Shown piece after piece: positions 29,787-40,110 of a DNA stretch of 50,961 bases; the first letter of the stretch is position 1, and the number at the start of each line of letters is the position of its first letter. This stretch comes from Coleofasciculus chthonoplastes F2-STO-03 (GTDB taxonomy: Bacteria > Cyanobacteriota > Cyanobacteriia > Cyanobacteriales > Coleofasciculaceae). The notes under the pieces were generated by a model that was not told where the DNA came from, searched no databases, and saw only the letters and a list, made by a program, of their open reading frames with translations. The position numbers and the translations under genes are program-made. Location of the stretch: NCBI GenBank assembly GCA_040222015.1, contig JAVJWO010000181.1, forward strand, positions 1-50,961. Reading direction: 5' to 3'.

Positions 29787-30143
29787 CTACGAACCCAGTT
29801 TAAACGCTTCCAAAAACATGCTATAAACCAAACCAATTTTCAGCGCATTCACTGTTTCTAGAAACCATGACAAACGAGATGCTTTGCTCAGAGAAGGCAA
29901 ACGCTGGCGATTCCTGCTATAAACAATCCGGCTCACCGTTTCCGTGAAAATAATTAAAATCCCAGCCGCAATGACATCCCAGTCAGCGGTTTGTCCGGCT
30001 GTCGTTGAGATAGCACTTCCGAGAAAAATGCCTGACAGCAGACCCATCAAAATTATAGACAGGCGTCGCCAGGGATTGGAAAACCACTGGGCTAACCTTG
30101 CCAAGATCACATCTACGAGAGTATTAAGACGAGTATTTTGCAT
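29787..30143 (-). CDS. ycf20: DUF565 / Ycf20 family membrane protein
   Basis: MQNTRL, NPWRR.S, GQ...WD and KIG..Y..F.EAFKLGS motifs. Confidence 0.9.
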   Translation of the reverse strand: MQNTRLNTLVDVILARLAQWFSNPWRRLSIILMGLLSGIFLGSAISTTAGQTADWDVIAAGILIIFTETVSRIVYSRNRQRLPSLSKASRLSWFLETVNALKIGLVYSMFLEAFKLGS

Positions 30144-30279
30144 CGATAGACCACTTAGCCTTTTCAGAAAAATAACACGGTCTTGGTCAAGCTTGTTTCA
30201 ATGAGAGTAGGGGCTGGCAATTCATTTTGTTAGCACCCCCCACAGACGCAGGGGTGCAGAGTCAATCCCCTCAAAACGA

Positions 30280-30864
30280 ATGAAACAACTAAACTATATG
30301 CTTTATCCAGTATTTATCATCGTACTCCTTTTAGGTATAGCTGGACTGGGACTGGGATTATTTGAGTTCAAGGTTTGGATAGAACCCCAATCCTCAGATA
30401 CAGCATCATTACCCTCTGTGAGCAAATCACCAGAGTTTCCTGAGGTGGAAACAGCTCAACCCTTATCGCCAGCACTATCACCACTCTCTTCACCGTTACC
30501 GCCGCCAGAGGCTTCGCCCTCTCCACCCCTTGATCCCGTTGCACTAGCGGCGCAAAAAGGAGGATTGCGAGTTAGCAATTCCACAGAACATCCGGTGCGG
30601 GTGGCGCTGCTAGAACGTCAAACGGATTCAAAGGGTGATGCCAAACCCGCCCACTGGGATTTTGCCCCCATGGAAGGAGGAAGGCAAGGGCTGATTCTTT
30701 CACTTCCCCAGGATGATCTGATTTTGGCAAACGGAGATATTGTTGTGGCATTCGCCCAAGATGGTTCTCGTTTATATTGGGGACCTTATGTGATTGGGGA
30801 GACGCCTGTACCCGTCTGGAATAAAAAGACAGGCGAATGGGAGTTAGTCTTACAACCGTATTAG
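30280..30864 (+). CDS. Conserved hypothetical membrane-anchored protein
   Basis: N-terminal TM, Pro-rich linker and a globular C-domain (HWDFAP.EG, AFAQDGSR.YWGPY). Confidence 0.85.
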   Translation: MKQLNYMLYPVFIIVLLLGIAGLGLGLFEFKVWIEPQSSDTASLPSVSKSPEFPEVETAQPLSPALSPLSSPLPPPEASPSPPLDPVALAAQKGGLRVSNSTEHPVRVALLERQTDSKGDAKPAHWDFAPMEGGRQGLILSLPQDDLILANGDIVVAFAQDGSRLYWGPYVIGETPVPVWNKKTGEWELVLQPY

Positions 30865-30925
30865 GGTTAAGGCGCACCCTAGTGCAGCGGGCATAAAAAT
30901 ACTTGAGCAGCTTCGTAGATACGAT

Positions 30926-31060
30926 GAAGCAGGGGAAGCAGAGGGAGCAGGGGAAGCAGGGGAAGCAGGGGAAGCAGAGGGAGCAGGGGAAGATTGGCAA
31001 TCAACAATGAACCATGAACCATCAACAAATGACAAATGACGAATGACAAATGACGAATAA
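30926..31060. repeat. 9-mer (GCAGGGGAA) and heptamer tandem repeats
   Basis: Visible tandem arrays that explain several spurious minus-strand ORFs. Confidence 0.85.
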
Positions 31061-31152
31061 CAATCAGGAACTTGATGGGGTTGTCCCAGTCAGGGAAGGG
31101 GGATATTGCGATCGCGACTCTAGCTAAATTAAGTTGGAGACGTTGAGAGTTA

Positions 31153-33102
31153 ATGTTGCCCTTTCGTGACAAAGTAGTGGAAGTTGAATCTAAGGATAGG
31201 ATCGCTCAACCAGTGACAAAGTGGTGGAATGTTTGGGAAAAGCATCCAACTCGTTTGTGGATGTACTCGGTTTTAGGGTTAGCGGCGATTTGCTGGGTGG
31301 CGTTTTTATGGCACTTAGGCAGTACGGGTTTAGTTGATGAAACTGAACCGTTATTCGCGGAAGCCGCCCGCCAGATGACGGTGACAGGAGATTGGATTAC
31401 ACCGTATTTTAATCAGGAGACTCGGTTTGATAAACCGCCCTTAGTCTACTGGTTAATGGCGATTGGCTATCACCTGATTGGCGTGAATGAATGGGCGGTG
31501 CGACTTCCCTCGGCGATTAGTGCGATCGCGCTCACAATATTGGGCTTTTATACGCTACGCTATTTCGGTATTTCTCGTCCCCGTACTTTGGTTGATGAAA
31601 ATTCCTCTGAATTAGAAGACACCCCAAAACATCCTAATTTAGAACGCCAGCGCTGGTTATCGGCGGCAATTGGGGCGACATTGATCGCATTGAATCCGAT
31701 CACCTTGGTTTGGGCGCGGACTGGGGTGTCGGATATGCTACTCTCTGGCTGTATGGGAACGGCTCTTTTATCCTTCTTTATTGGCTATGTGCAAAGGGAA
31801 ACCGGGAGACAGGAAGAGGGGGCGCAAGATAGCCGATACCATGGACAAACAATGGGTAATTCCCAGCCCCGCTTCGGCTTTGCGTCGGGTTGGTATTTGG
31901 CATTTTATATATTAATTGCCTTAGCGATTCTTGCCAAAGGACCCGTGGGAATTGTCCTCCCTGGATTAATTATTGGTGCATTTCTGTTATATGTGGGGAA
32001 GTTTTGGCAAGTGGTGCGAGAAATGCGCCTGTTTTGGGGATTGGGTATTATTGGTGTCCTGGCAATTCCCTGGTATGTGTTAGTTACCTTGGCGAATGGT
32101 GAAGACTATCTAGAAAAGTTTTTTGGCTATCACAATATTGAACGCTTTGTCGGGGTGGTAAATCACCATGGGGCGCCTTGGTATTTCTATTTTCTGGTTG
32201 TGTTAGTCGGGTTTGCCCCTTGGTCTTGTTATTTGCCCCTCGCGATCGCCCGATTACGGTTTTGGCAGGTCAAAAAATGGCGTGAGTCCCCTCGTGCGAG
32301 TCAGTTGGGCTTATTTGCCCTGTGTTGGTTTGTGGGTGTGTTTGGCTTCTTTACGATCGCTGTCACCAAACTTCCCAGTTATGTTTTACCCTTAATGCCT
32401 GCGGCGGCAATTTTGGTGGCATTATTGGCAAGTGATTTACTCACCTATCCCCGCCGTCAGCGTCTATGGGGGTTACGGTTGAGTGCTGGATTTAATCTGA
32501 TTCTGCTGGGCGTCATTGCTGGGGCAATTTGGTATAGTCCTAATTTCATTGGCTATGATCCGGCGGCGCTGAATTTATCGGAAACTTTGCAAGCCTCAGG
32601 ATTACCCTTACGGGGAGGTATCCTCTGGGGAATGGCTGCGGTAGCGGCGGTGATTGCGTTATGTAGGCGTCGAGGGTGGCGTTGGTTAGGAACGATTAAT
32701 TGGGTGGCGTTTGTGGCGTTTATTATCCTCGTGGTTTCCCCGGCTGCTTTTCTATTGGATCAGGAACGTCAGCTTCCCCTACGAGAATTATCTGCGATCG
32801 CGGCTGAGGTGAACCAACCGTCAGAAGAGTTAGTCATGATGGGGTTTGAAAAGCCTAGTGTCGTATTTTATGCCGAGCGATCGGTGAATTATTTTGATGA
32901 AGAACATAAGTTCATTGCCTACATTGAAGACATCGCTAAAACTGAGCCTAATCCGCCTTCGACTCTGGTTTTAATTGAGTCTAGGCGATTCAATCGACTT
33001 CAAGAAGACTGGCTGAAACCTAGTGAATATACCATCATTGATCAGGAAGGCGCTTATCATTTGATCCGAGTGACTAAACAAGTTCTTGCCCATAAGCTTT
33101 AG
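31153..33102 (+). CDS. ArnT/GT39-family (GT-C) membrane glycosyltransferase
   Basis: DE.E...AE.ARQM...GDW.TP, FDKPPL.YW, RLPSA, KGP.G and KLPSY.LP..P motifs. The exact start is uncertain. Confidence 0.9.
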   Translation: MLPFRDKVVEVESKDRIAQPVTKWWNVWEKHPTRLWMYSVLGLAAICWVAFLWHLGSTGLVDETEPLFAEAARQMTVTGDWITPYFNQETRFDKPPLVYWLMAIGYHLIGVNEWAVRLPSAISAIALTILGFYTLRYFGISRPRTLVDENSSELEDTPKHPNLERQRWLSAAIGATLIALNPITLVWARTGVSDMLLSGCMGTALLSFFIGYVQRETGRQEEGAQDSRYHGQTMGNSQPRFGFASGWYLAFYILIALAILAKGPVGIVLPGLIIGAFLLYVGKFWQVVREMRLFWGLGIIGVLAIPWYVLVTLANGEDYLEKFFGYHNIERFVGVVNHHGAPWYFYFLVVLVGFAPWSCYLPLAIARLRFWQVKKWRESPRASQLGLFALCWFVGVFGFFTIAVTKLPSYVLPLMPAAAILVALLASDLLTYPRRQRLWGLRLSAGFNLILLGVIAGAIWYSPNFIGYDPAALNLSETLQASGLPLRGGILWGMAAVAAVIALCRRRGWRWLGTINWVAFVAFIILVVSPAAFLLDQERQLPLRELSAIAAEVNQPSEELVMMGFEKPSVVFYAERSVNYFDEEHKFIAYIEDIAKTEPNPPSTLVLIESRRFNRLQEDWLKPSEYTIIDQEGAYHLIRVTKQVLAHKL

Positions 33103-33285
33103 CCTTCAGGGGGAATTAGGTAAGTAGGTGGGGAAAGAGAAGAAACCCCTCACCCCCAGCCCCTCTCCCCAGAGTGGGAGAGGGGCTGGGGGTGAGGGGT
33201 TAGGGGATGAGGGTGAAACATCTTTTTGGTTGCACCCAGATGTAACTAAACCCGCCCCGACTCAGGTTTGAACCCGTTTCAATGT

Positions 33286-33390
33286 CTGCAAGCCTTAGAG
33301 TTGAGTAAACGCCTGCTGGGAGATAACCATCCGGAAACAATCACTATCCGTGAAAATTTGCAAAGAATGCGCGAACAATGGCATCAATAG
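33286..33390 (+). pseudogene. 3' fragment of a kinesin-light-chain-type TPR gene
   Basis: Translates LQALELSKRLLGDNHPETITIRENLQRMREQWHQ*. There is no start, and it abuts a REP half-element. Confidence 0.6.
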
Positions 33391-33529
33391 GTTTCCTCTA
33401 TTTCATTCTCCGATCATGCTTTCTTTTAAGTTACGGCTGTTTTATATATTTAAATTATTGAAAGAATAGTAATTACTGATGAAAGAGTGGCTAAATCTCC
33501 TTCATAATAGTAATATAAACAAATCCTTT

Positions 33530-33633
33530 TATAGCAGTAGACACATCTGTGGGGACAAACACATTTCTGGAGACGTTCCACCGGAACGTCTCTACAAATC
33601 TATACTGTCCTAACCCTATTGGCGGTTGCTATA
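33530..33633. mobile_element. ~105-bp MITE-like element (TATAGCA...TGCTATA); second copy at 43398..43503
   Basis: Terminal inverted repeats, shared internal GGAC/GTCC arms and a central GAGACG...CGTCTCTAC palindrome in both copies. Confidence 0.7.
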
Positions 33634-33813
33634 GCTGCCACCACAAGACCGAAAATTTTTGGTTAAAACTGGAGGGAGAAGGATAACAGGTAAAGACACA
33701 ATCCGTTGTGCTTACAGGGAAAAAGTTGGTTTAGCCAGGACAACAGCACAGGCAGGAATCAGAAGGCAGAAGGCAGAAGGCAGAAGGTAGGAGGCAGAAG
33801 GGAAGAACGCTTA

Positions 33814-34108
33814 TAAGTAGTCGGACAAAAGAAAACGTCACTGTAAGCTGTCATGCATTTAAATTGGGTATTAGTAGCGAGCAAGATGCAAAGCCTGCGG
33901 CATGGCTTCGCTTAACGCACTACAAGGATTGCGCCCTTATTGATATTAATGTTTAAATGTCGAACAGCTTACTAAGTTTGGAAAATAACCCCCAAACCAT
34001 TACAAATGACGTAGCTTGCTTCTCGCTTGCGCGAGTATGACGAATGACGAATGACGAATGACGAATGACGATCTTCACTGTTCACGTTAATTGTGTCCAC
34101 TTAGTTAG
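33814..34108. mobile_element. Nested MITE-like composite
   Basis: Imperfect outer IRs, inner TAAGCTGT..CATTTAAA/TTTAAATG..ACAGCTTA IR, an interrupted innermost palindrome and an ATGACGA STRR. Confidence 0.55.
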
Positions 34109-34279
34109 TTCTTTACGCCACGCTCCACTCGGAAAAAGATTAGCTCTAGTTCAATGCAACTTGATAATGATCCAGGTTTTGTGCTAAAAAGTACGTTTTT
34201 TTAGAGAAATTATCCATCCTGTCAACCTCGCTCATCACTCTTGCTGAGTTGAATCACGTCCTAAAGTCTAGCAACAACA

Positions 34280-36559
34280 ATGGTAGAACAACCAACATTT
34301 CTCGATTTAACCGAACTCGATCACCCCAACCTCCAGGGATCAGAGCAAAATGCAGCAGGTTTAAGTGATCTGGTGGCAAATATTCCCGGTGCGATTTACC
34401 GCCGCGCCTGGGATTTCCAATGGACGACACGGTTTATTACTCCAGCTATCCAAGATATTTGCGGTTATTCCGCCAGTGATTTTACTAAGAATCGAGAACG
34501 GTCTTTGATTAGTATTATTCATCCTGATGATCAACCAATTATTGCACAAGCGCTGGCAGAACAGCTAACCACTCAACAGCCTTATTGGTTGGAGTATCGA
34601 ATTGTGCGATCGGATGGATCTGTGGTTTGGATTTGTGACAAAGGACAGGGAATTTTTGACGAAACTGGACAACTTCTCTGGCTGGATGGAATCATCCTGG
34701 ATATTAGCCAGCGTCAACCCGAAGTTCACGTTAGCCACACGGCGCAACCGTCAGAAACCATTCAGGAATCTGACGCACTTTATCACCTGATGGTGGAAAC
34801 GGCGTCAGAGGGAGTTTGGATGTTTGATGTGAACAGCCGAACCATTTTTGCTAATTCTCGTATGGCGGAAATGTTGGGGTATCGCGTCGAAGAAATGATC
34901 GGGCGATCGCTCTTTGATTTCATGGATGCAGAAAGTCGCCCTCTTTATTCAACTTATGTCTTGCGTCGTCGTCACGGTATCCACGAGCGCCACCCGTTTA
35001 AGTTTCGCCGTAAAGATGGCTCTGAGTTATGGGCAATTGTTTCTGCTACGCCCATTTTAAACGCTCAGGGTGAGTTTGTTGGTGTGTTGAGGATGATTAC
35101 CGATATTAGCGATACCCATGAGGAATCCGCGCAACGCCAACAGGCGGAAAATGCGTTGCGAGAAAGTGAACGGCGATTCCGGGCGATTTTTGATGCAACC
35201 TTTCAATTTATTGGTCTGCTTAAACCCGATGGTACGGTGTTAGAAGCCAATCAAACCGCATTAAATTTTGGCGGATTGCGGCGTGAAGACGTGGCGGGGC
35301 GTCCATTCTGGCAAACTCGATGGTGGAGTTATTCATCAGAAATTCAGGAACAATTAAAAGATGCGATCGCGGCGGCGGCGATGGGTGAATTTGTGCGCTA
35401 TGAAGTGGAGGTTATTGGCGCGAATAATCAGGTAATCACGATTGATTTTTCTCTCAAACCTGTGACCGATGAAACCGGACAAGTTGTACTCTTAATTCCA
35501 GAAGGTCGCGATATTAGTGAGCAGAAGCAAATCCGAGAAGCTTTGCGCCAGTCGGAAAGTCGATTAAAACTCAAAAACAAAAAACTAAAGCAAGTGTTAC
35601 GCCAACTGAAAAACACGCAAGCTCAACTGGTTCAAAATGAAAAAATGATCAGTTTGGGTCAAATGATGGCGGGTATCGCCCATGAGATTAATAATCCGAT
35701 TAGCTTTATCTATGGCAATGTTACTTATGCTCGCGACTATACCCTAGATTTGTTCAATTTGATCGAACTCTATGCCAAACACTATCCAGCACCTGTACCC
35801 GAAATCCAAGATAAGATTGAGGCAATTGACCTCCAGTTTTTAAGCGCAGATTTTCCTAAACTTCTCAATTCTATGCAAGATGGAGCAGAACGCATCCGGG
35901 AAATCATTCTGTCTTTACGGAACTTCTCGCGTTTAGATGAAGCAGAACAGAAGTTTGTCAATATTCATGAAGGGATTAATAGCACTCTGCTTATTTTACA
36001 GCATCGATTAAAAAAGACGGTCTTTGCTTCGGAAATACAGGTAATTAAAGAGTATAGTAAACTCCCCATGATTCAATGTTATCCCAGTCAGATAAATCAG
36101 GTGTTTATGAATTTACTCAATAATGCAATTGATGCCTTAGACCAGAAAGCAAAACATTATGAAAACTTAGAATATACCCGAACGATCACAATTAGTACCA
36201 GTGTCAGGACTCAGGATAATCATCTCCGCTCCAGTCCAGTTGAATACAGAAACAAGGCAGAAGGGAGAGGGAATAGGGCAGAAGTAAATAATCACTGTTT
36301 AGACGAATATGATATCAATTCTTCTCAATTAATCATTCGCATTGCTGACAATGGCATTGGTATCCCACAACCCTTACAAAAACACATATTTGACCCTTTC
36401 TTTACCACCAAGCCAGTGGGCGTCGGCACAGGTTTGGGGTTATCTATTTCCCTTGCCATTATTGTTGAAAAACACGGCGGAAAGCTAAGCTATAGTTCCG
36501 AGCCCGGTCAAGGAACAGAATTTATCATTGAGCTACCCATACACCCGCCTCGGAGTTAA
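34280..36559 (+). CDS. PAS-domain (3x) sensor histidine kinase
   Basis: IHPDD/EYRI..SDG PAS-PAC motifs, AHEINNP H-box and DPFFTTK/GTGLGL. Confidence 0.92.
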   Translation: MVEQPTFLDLTELDHPNLQGSEQNAAGLSDLVANIPGAIYRRAWDFQWTTRFITPAIQDICGYSASDFTKNRERSLISIIHPDDQPIIAQALAEQLTTQQPYWLEYRIVRSDGSVVWICDKGQGIFDETGQLLWLDGIILDISQRQPEVHVSHTAQPSETIQESDALYHLMVETASEGVWMFDVNSRTIFANSRMAEMLGYRVEEMIGRSLFDFMDAESRPLYSTYVLRRRHGIHERHPFKFRRKDGSELWAIVSATPILNAQGEFVGVLRMITDISDTHEESAQRQQAENALRESERRFRAIFDATFQFIGLLKPDGTVLEANQTALNFGGLRREDVAGRPFWQTRWWSYSSEIQEQLKDAIAAAAMGEFVRYEVEVIGANNQVITIDFSLKPVTDETGQVVLLIPEGRDISEQKQIREALRQSESRLKLKNKKLKQVLRQLKNTQAQLVQNEKMISLGQMMAGIAHEINNPISFIYGNVTYARDYTLDLFNLIELYAKHYPAPVPEIQDKIEAIDLQFLSADFPKLLNSMQDGAERIREIILSLRNFSRLDEAEQKFVNIHEGINSTLLILQHRLKKTVFASEIQVIKEYSKLPMIQCYPSQINQVFMNLLNNAIDALDQKAKHYENLEYTRTITISTSVRTQDNHLRSSPVEYRNKAEGRGNRAEVNNHCLDEYDINSSQLIIRIADNGIGIPQPLQKHIFDPFFTTKPVGVGTGLGLSISLAIIVEKHGGKLSYSSEPGQGTEFIIELPIHPPRS

Positions 36560-36672
36560 GTTTTGAGTGTTGATGTTTGAGTGTGTAGGGGCGGGTTTCA
36601 CTACTATCATTTTTGACCTCACCCCTAAGTAACTAAACCCGCCCTGACTAGATCCTTCTCCCCATCTCCCCA

Positions 36673-37125
36673 TCACGGCGTTTCCCGCAGCGCTTGCAGA
36701 TAATCTATCGCGGCTTCCAGTTTTGAAGGATAGCTATACGAAAACTCTTCAAACCAAAGCCCTTCCTCAGAATGGGGCTTCAAATTATTTAACCATTCTT
36801 GGGCTTGTTGCTTCAGGGCTTCCCGTTTGCGCTGTTCTCGCTGTTTTGCCTTGAGTTCTTCTTCTTGCTGTTGCTGCTGTCGTTTCCGTTGGGCTTCGCA
36901 CTCTTTGTGATCAAACTCAGCCTTCAATTCTGAGAGCATACTATCTTCTACAGGCGTCGGCGAAGATGGCGATGAGGAAATGGGTTGATACATGGATGAA
37001 TTCGTTGGGGGGGACTTCAAGTCATCTTCATCCAACAAAGGTTTTTTTTCAAGGGGTTTTCCCTTGTCTTTTTCTTGATATTCTGCTTGAATTTGGGCTA
37101 ATAAGTCATCAAGTGATTCTGCCAT
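36673..37125 (-). CDS. Slr1339-like (salt-stress) coiled-coil protein
   Basis: SLDDLLAQ start and A.EWL..L.P.SEEGLWFEEFSYSY.SKLEAAIDYL C-terminus. Confidence 0.8.
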   Translation of the reverse strand: MAESLDDLLAQIQAEYQEKDKGKPLEKKPLLDEDDLKSPPTNSSMYQPISSSPSSPTPVEDSMLSELKAEFDHKECEAQRKRQQQQQEEELKAKQREQRKREALKQQAQEWLNNLKPHSEEGLWFEEFSYSYPSKLEAAIDYLQALRETP

Positions 37126-37371
37126 AAGACGAGACTCTCAGTTACGAGAGATTTTATGATCAACGATTATAGTTAAGGACACATCCCAAAAGGTCATGTC
37201 CCGTATATCTTCTATTCTACTCGGGCTTGCTTTTGCCCACTGTGATACCGAATCCCTGGACGTCTGTTCAGAGCGATCGCTAAGGATCGGATACTAAACC
37301 AAAACAGCATAATACTCACAGATGAGGTAAATGCACCCCCTGTGTTCTAAAACACACGCTCACTTGGTTGT

Positions 37372-37977
37372 CTAATCGATTACAGCATTGAGCAACACGT
37401 CCGTTAAAGTCATGTCCTCCATATCCTCAATCGTTACCGTATCCACAATGTCAAATTTTGCACCCGCACCTTGCAGTTCATCATCCAGAATCTTGAGGAA
37501 CTTTGTGGCTTGAGGATCACTGCCAATTTGGATAAAGGAAATGGCTAACTCTTCATCCTTATCGATTCGGCGTGACGCTTCGATAATCACCTTCATCACA
37601 GCTTTGCGGTCATCGGGTTCCCCATCGGTAACCACCAGCATCGTTTCACCGTTCAACTTTGTCTGACCGCTTGTCTTGCGCTGAAAATAATTATTGAGGG
37701 CATCTTCCAAGACAGATGCCAAGTCTGTGCGTCCTGATGGCTCATTTTCCTGGAATACCTGGATAACTTTGCTAGCTGTTACACCATCGTAGCGTTTGAA
37801 GCGACCAGAAAACAGGTAAATGGTGATACCATCGGGGTCAAATTCTTCGCATTTATTCGCTAAAGCCAGGGTAGACTCTTGCATAACATCCCAGCGGCTT
37901 TTCCCAGAATACTGATCCCGAATCGACATACTGCCGCTTTTATCAATGATTAAGGTATAATCTCGTTTCTCTAGCAT
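37372..37977 (-). CDS. vWA domain protein
   Basis: MIDAS DKSGSM, G.TDL and TDGEP motifs. The start is placed at MLEKRDY. Confidence 0.9.
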   Translation of the reverse strand: MLEKRDYTLIIDKSGSMSIRDQYSGKSRWDVMQESTLALANKCEEFDPDGITIYLFSGRFKRYDGVTASKVIQVFQENEPSGRTDLASVLEDALNNYFQRKTSGQTKLNGETMLVVTDGEPDDRKAVMKVIIEASRRIDKDEELAISFIQIGSDPQATKFLKILDDELQGAGAKFDIVDTVTIEDMEDMTLTDVLLNAVID

Positions 37978-38163
37978 AAAAACGTTCCCAAATCTACTAT
38001 AGTCCTTCTCAAGGGTATCAAACCCACAAAGAGGCAATCGCCAAGTTTACGGTGGCGACAGTTGGTGAGTATGGCTGTAGGGGAGGGTTTTACCGAAAAC
38101 GTTTAGCGTTTTGGTGCAAACCCCTGGCATTGTAGAGACGCGCCATGGCGCGTCTCTACAGCA

Positions 38164-38646
38164 TTAGGATGCCAACTGAGATAAGGTTTCCTGAAGCGGC
38201 TGCCAACGGAAATAGCGATCACCTCCCATTTCAACCGCCACTTTTACCCGCTTCTCCTGCTTAGGCAACGCGATGAAATATTCAAGTTCTTGGCGCGACA
38301 GACTACTGCCCTCAATGAGCCATAGTACCATCCCTTTCGACTTAGCCGGTAGGGTTTCCAACTGATACGTCAGGATAGGCGGGACAAAGTAAACCTCACC
38401 CACAGCAGCGCTTTGACCGATGTTTTTCTTCCCTAGATGCGGCGGACGAACACCGTGAACACCCGTCAGATAAGCGGCTGGATCGCCCAATCCTTTCGCG
38501 GAGAGAGAAATCGTTGTATAACCCGCCGCCCGCAGTCGTCGCTGATAACGCCCTTCAAATCCTCCCTCCAAGGGAGCGTACAATGCCAATGTGCCGGACT
38601 GTTCTAAATCCCGAATGAACGTCTTTCCGGTGGTGATCAGTGCCAT
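38164..38646 (-). CDS. ndhN: NAD(P)H-quinone oxidoreductase (NDH-1) subunit N
   Basis: MALITTG, PLEGGFEGRYQRRLRA.GY, HGVRPPHLGK and EMGG.R.FRW motifs. Confidence 0.96.
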   Translation of the reverse strand: MALITTGKTFIRDLEQSGTLALYAPLEGGFEGRYQRRLRAAGYTTISLSAKGLGDPAAYLTGVHGVRPPHLGKKNIGQSAAVGEVYFVPPILTYQLETLPAKSKGMVLWLIEGSSLSRQELEYFIALPKQEKRVKVAVEMGGDRYFRWQPLQETLSQLAS

Positions 38647-39030
38647 TTATTTCTCCGATTCCGCCTTAAGTTTTGTTAATTCTTATGAGCCAATTATATA
38701 GGGATAGAGAGTTCATGGCACATCTAGCAAGAGGAGGCGATTGAAATCGCTGCTACACAAACTTTCGTCCGCCTGCGCGGACTGGGTTATAACGGGGGTA
38801 GCGTTCCCCGGATTTGGTATCAGTTGGTGTATTGAATAGCGATCGCAAGACGTAAAAACCATGCCCTAAGCGTAGTTGAAGATCAATTGTCGGGACAAAC
38901 GCCAGCCACTGTAGGGGCGGGTTTAGGCACTAGCGCTAGCTTGTTACCAATAACTCAACAACTTGCACCCGCCCTTATTCATAAGTAGGGATTGTTAGGA
39001 TAAAGCCAGTTTTCCTAACAATTCCCGTCC

Positions 39031-39894
39031 ATGGTTTCATTCAACTATCCTGCTTCTCAAACCAATCCACTGGGTTCACCCAAAGACACGCTACCGACGA
39101 TGTATGATCTTCCGAGTGAATATCCAGAGGAACCCGGTTTGCCTGACGAATTCCATGATTGGCAAGCGCATTTATTGAGCTTGACATTTTGCCCTCCCCA
39201 CTATCCCCTTTCACAGATATTTTATGCCAGCGACTTGAACATTTACTATGATGTGCATCATCCTCTGTGGCATAAGCGTCCGGATTGGTTTGGGGTTGTC
39301 GGTGTACCGCGACTGTATAATGATGTGGATATGCGCCTGTCTTACGTGGTTTGGCAGGAAGGCGTCAATCCGTTTGTTGTTGTGGAATTACTCTCACCTG
39401 GAACCGAGAGGGAAGACTTAGGAGAACAGGTAATCCCAGCGCCAGACTCTGAGCCAGGACAAGGTGAAGGAAATGGGCAAGAGAGTCAGCTTCCGGCTGA
39501 AGATAAACCACCAGGAAAATGGCAGGTTTACGAGCAGATTTTACAGATTCCTTACTATGTCGTATTCAGTCGTTACACCAATCAGCTACGGGCGTTTAAA
39601 CTCAATGAAGCCCATTATCAAGAGGTAGAGCTACAAGATGGGCGAGTATGGATGAGCGAATTAGATTTAGGTTTAGGATTATGGCAGGGAGAGTTTCAAG
39701 GGATTAATCGCCTCTGGTTGCGTTGGTATGATGCTCAAGGAAACTGGATTCTGACGGAAGCTGAACGGGAAAGACAACGAGCCGAACAAGAAAGACAACG
39801 AGCCGAAGCTGCACAAGCTCGGTTAGATGCTTTGATGGAGCGACTGCGAGAATCAGGCATTGATCCCGATACCTTTTTCCAGGATCAGGGTTAA
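39031..39894 (+). CDS. Uma2 (DUF820) family PD-(D/E)xK endonuclease, copy 1
   Basis: LPTMYDLPSE, RPDWF, VELLSPGT, WLRWYD..G motifs and a coiled-coil tail. Confidence 0.92.
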   Translation: MVSFNYPASQTNPLGSPKDTLPTMYDLPSEYPEEPGLPDEFHDWQAHLLSLTFCPPHYPLSQIFYASDLNIYYDVHHPLWHKRPDWFGVVGVPRLYNDVDMRLSYVVWQEGVNPFVVVELLSPGTEREDLGEQVIPAPDSEPGQGEGNGQESQLPAEDKPPGKWQVYEQILQIPYYVVFSRYTNQLRAFKLNEAHYQEVELQDGRVWMSELDLGLGLWQGEFQGINRLWLRWYDAQGNWILTEAERERQRAEQERQRAEAAQARLDALMERLRESGIDPDTFFQDQG

Positions 39895-40110
39895 AATCAG
39901 TCGAGTCACTACAGTTAGCGATCGCAAGAAGTAAAAACCATGCCCTAAGCGTAGTTGAAGGGTCAATTGTCGGGACGGAAGTCAGCCACTGTAGGGGCGG
40001 GTTTAGGAACTAGCGCTAGCTTATTACCAATAACTGAACAACTTGCACCCACCCTTATTCATAAGTAAGGATTGTTAAAATAAAGCCAGTTTTCCTAACA
40101 ATTCCCGTCC

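Noticed and set aside
30572..31172. Minus-strand low-complexity ORFs (FPC/PAS/LLP repeats)
   Set aside because: They are products of the 9-mer and heptamer repeats.
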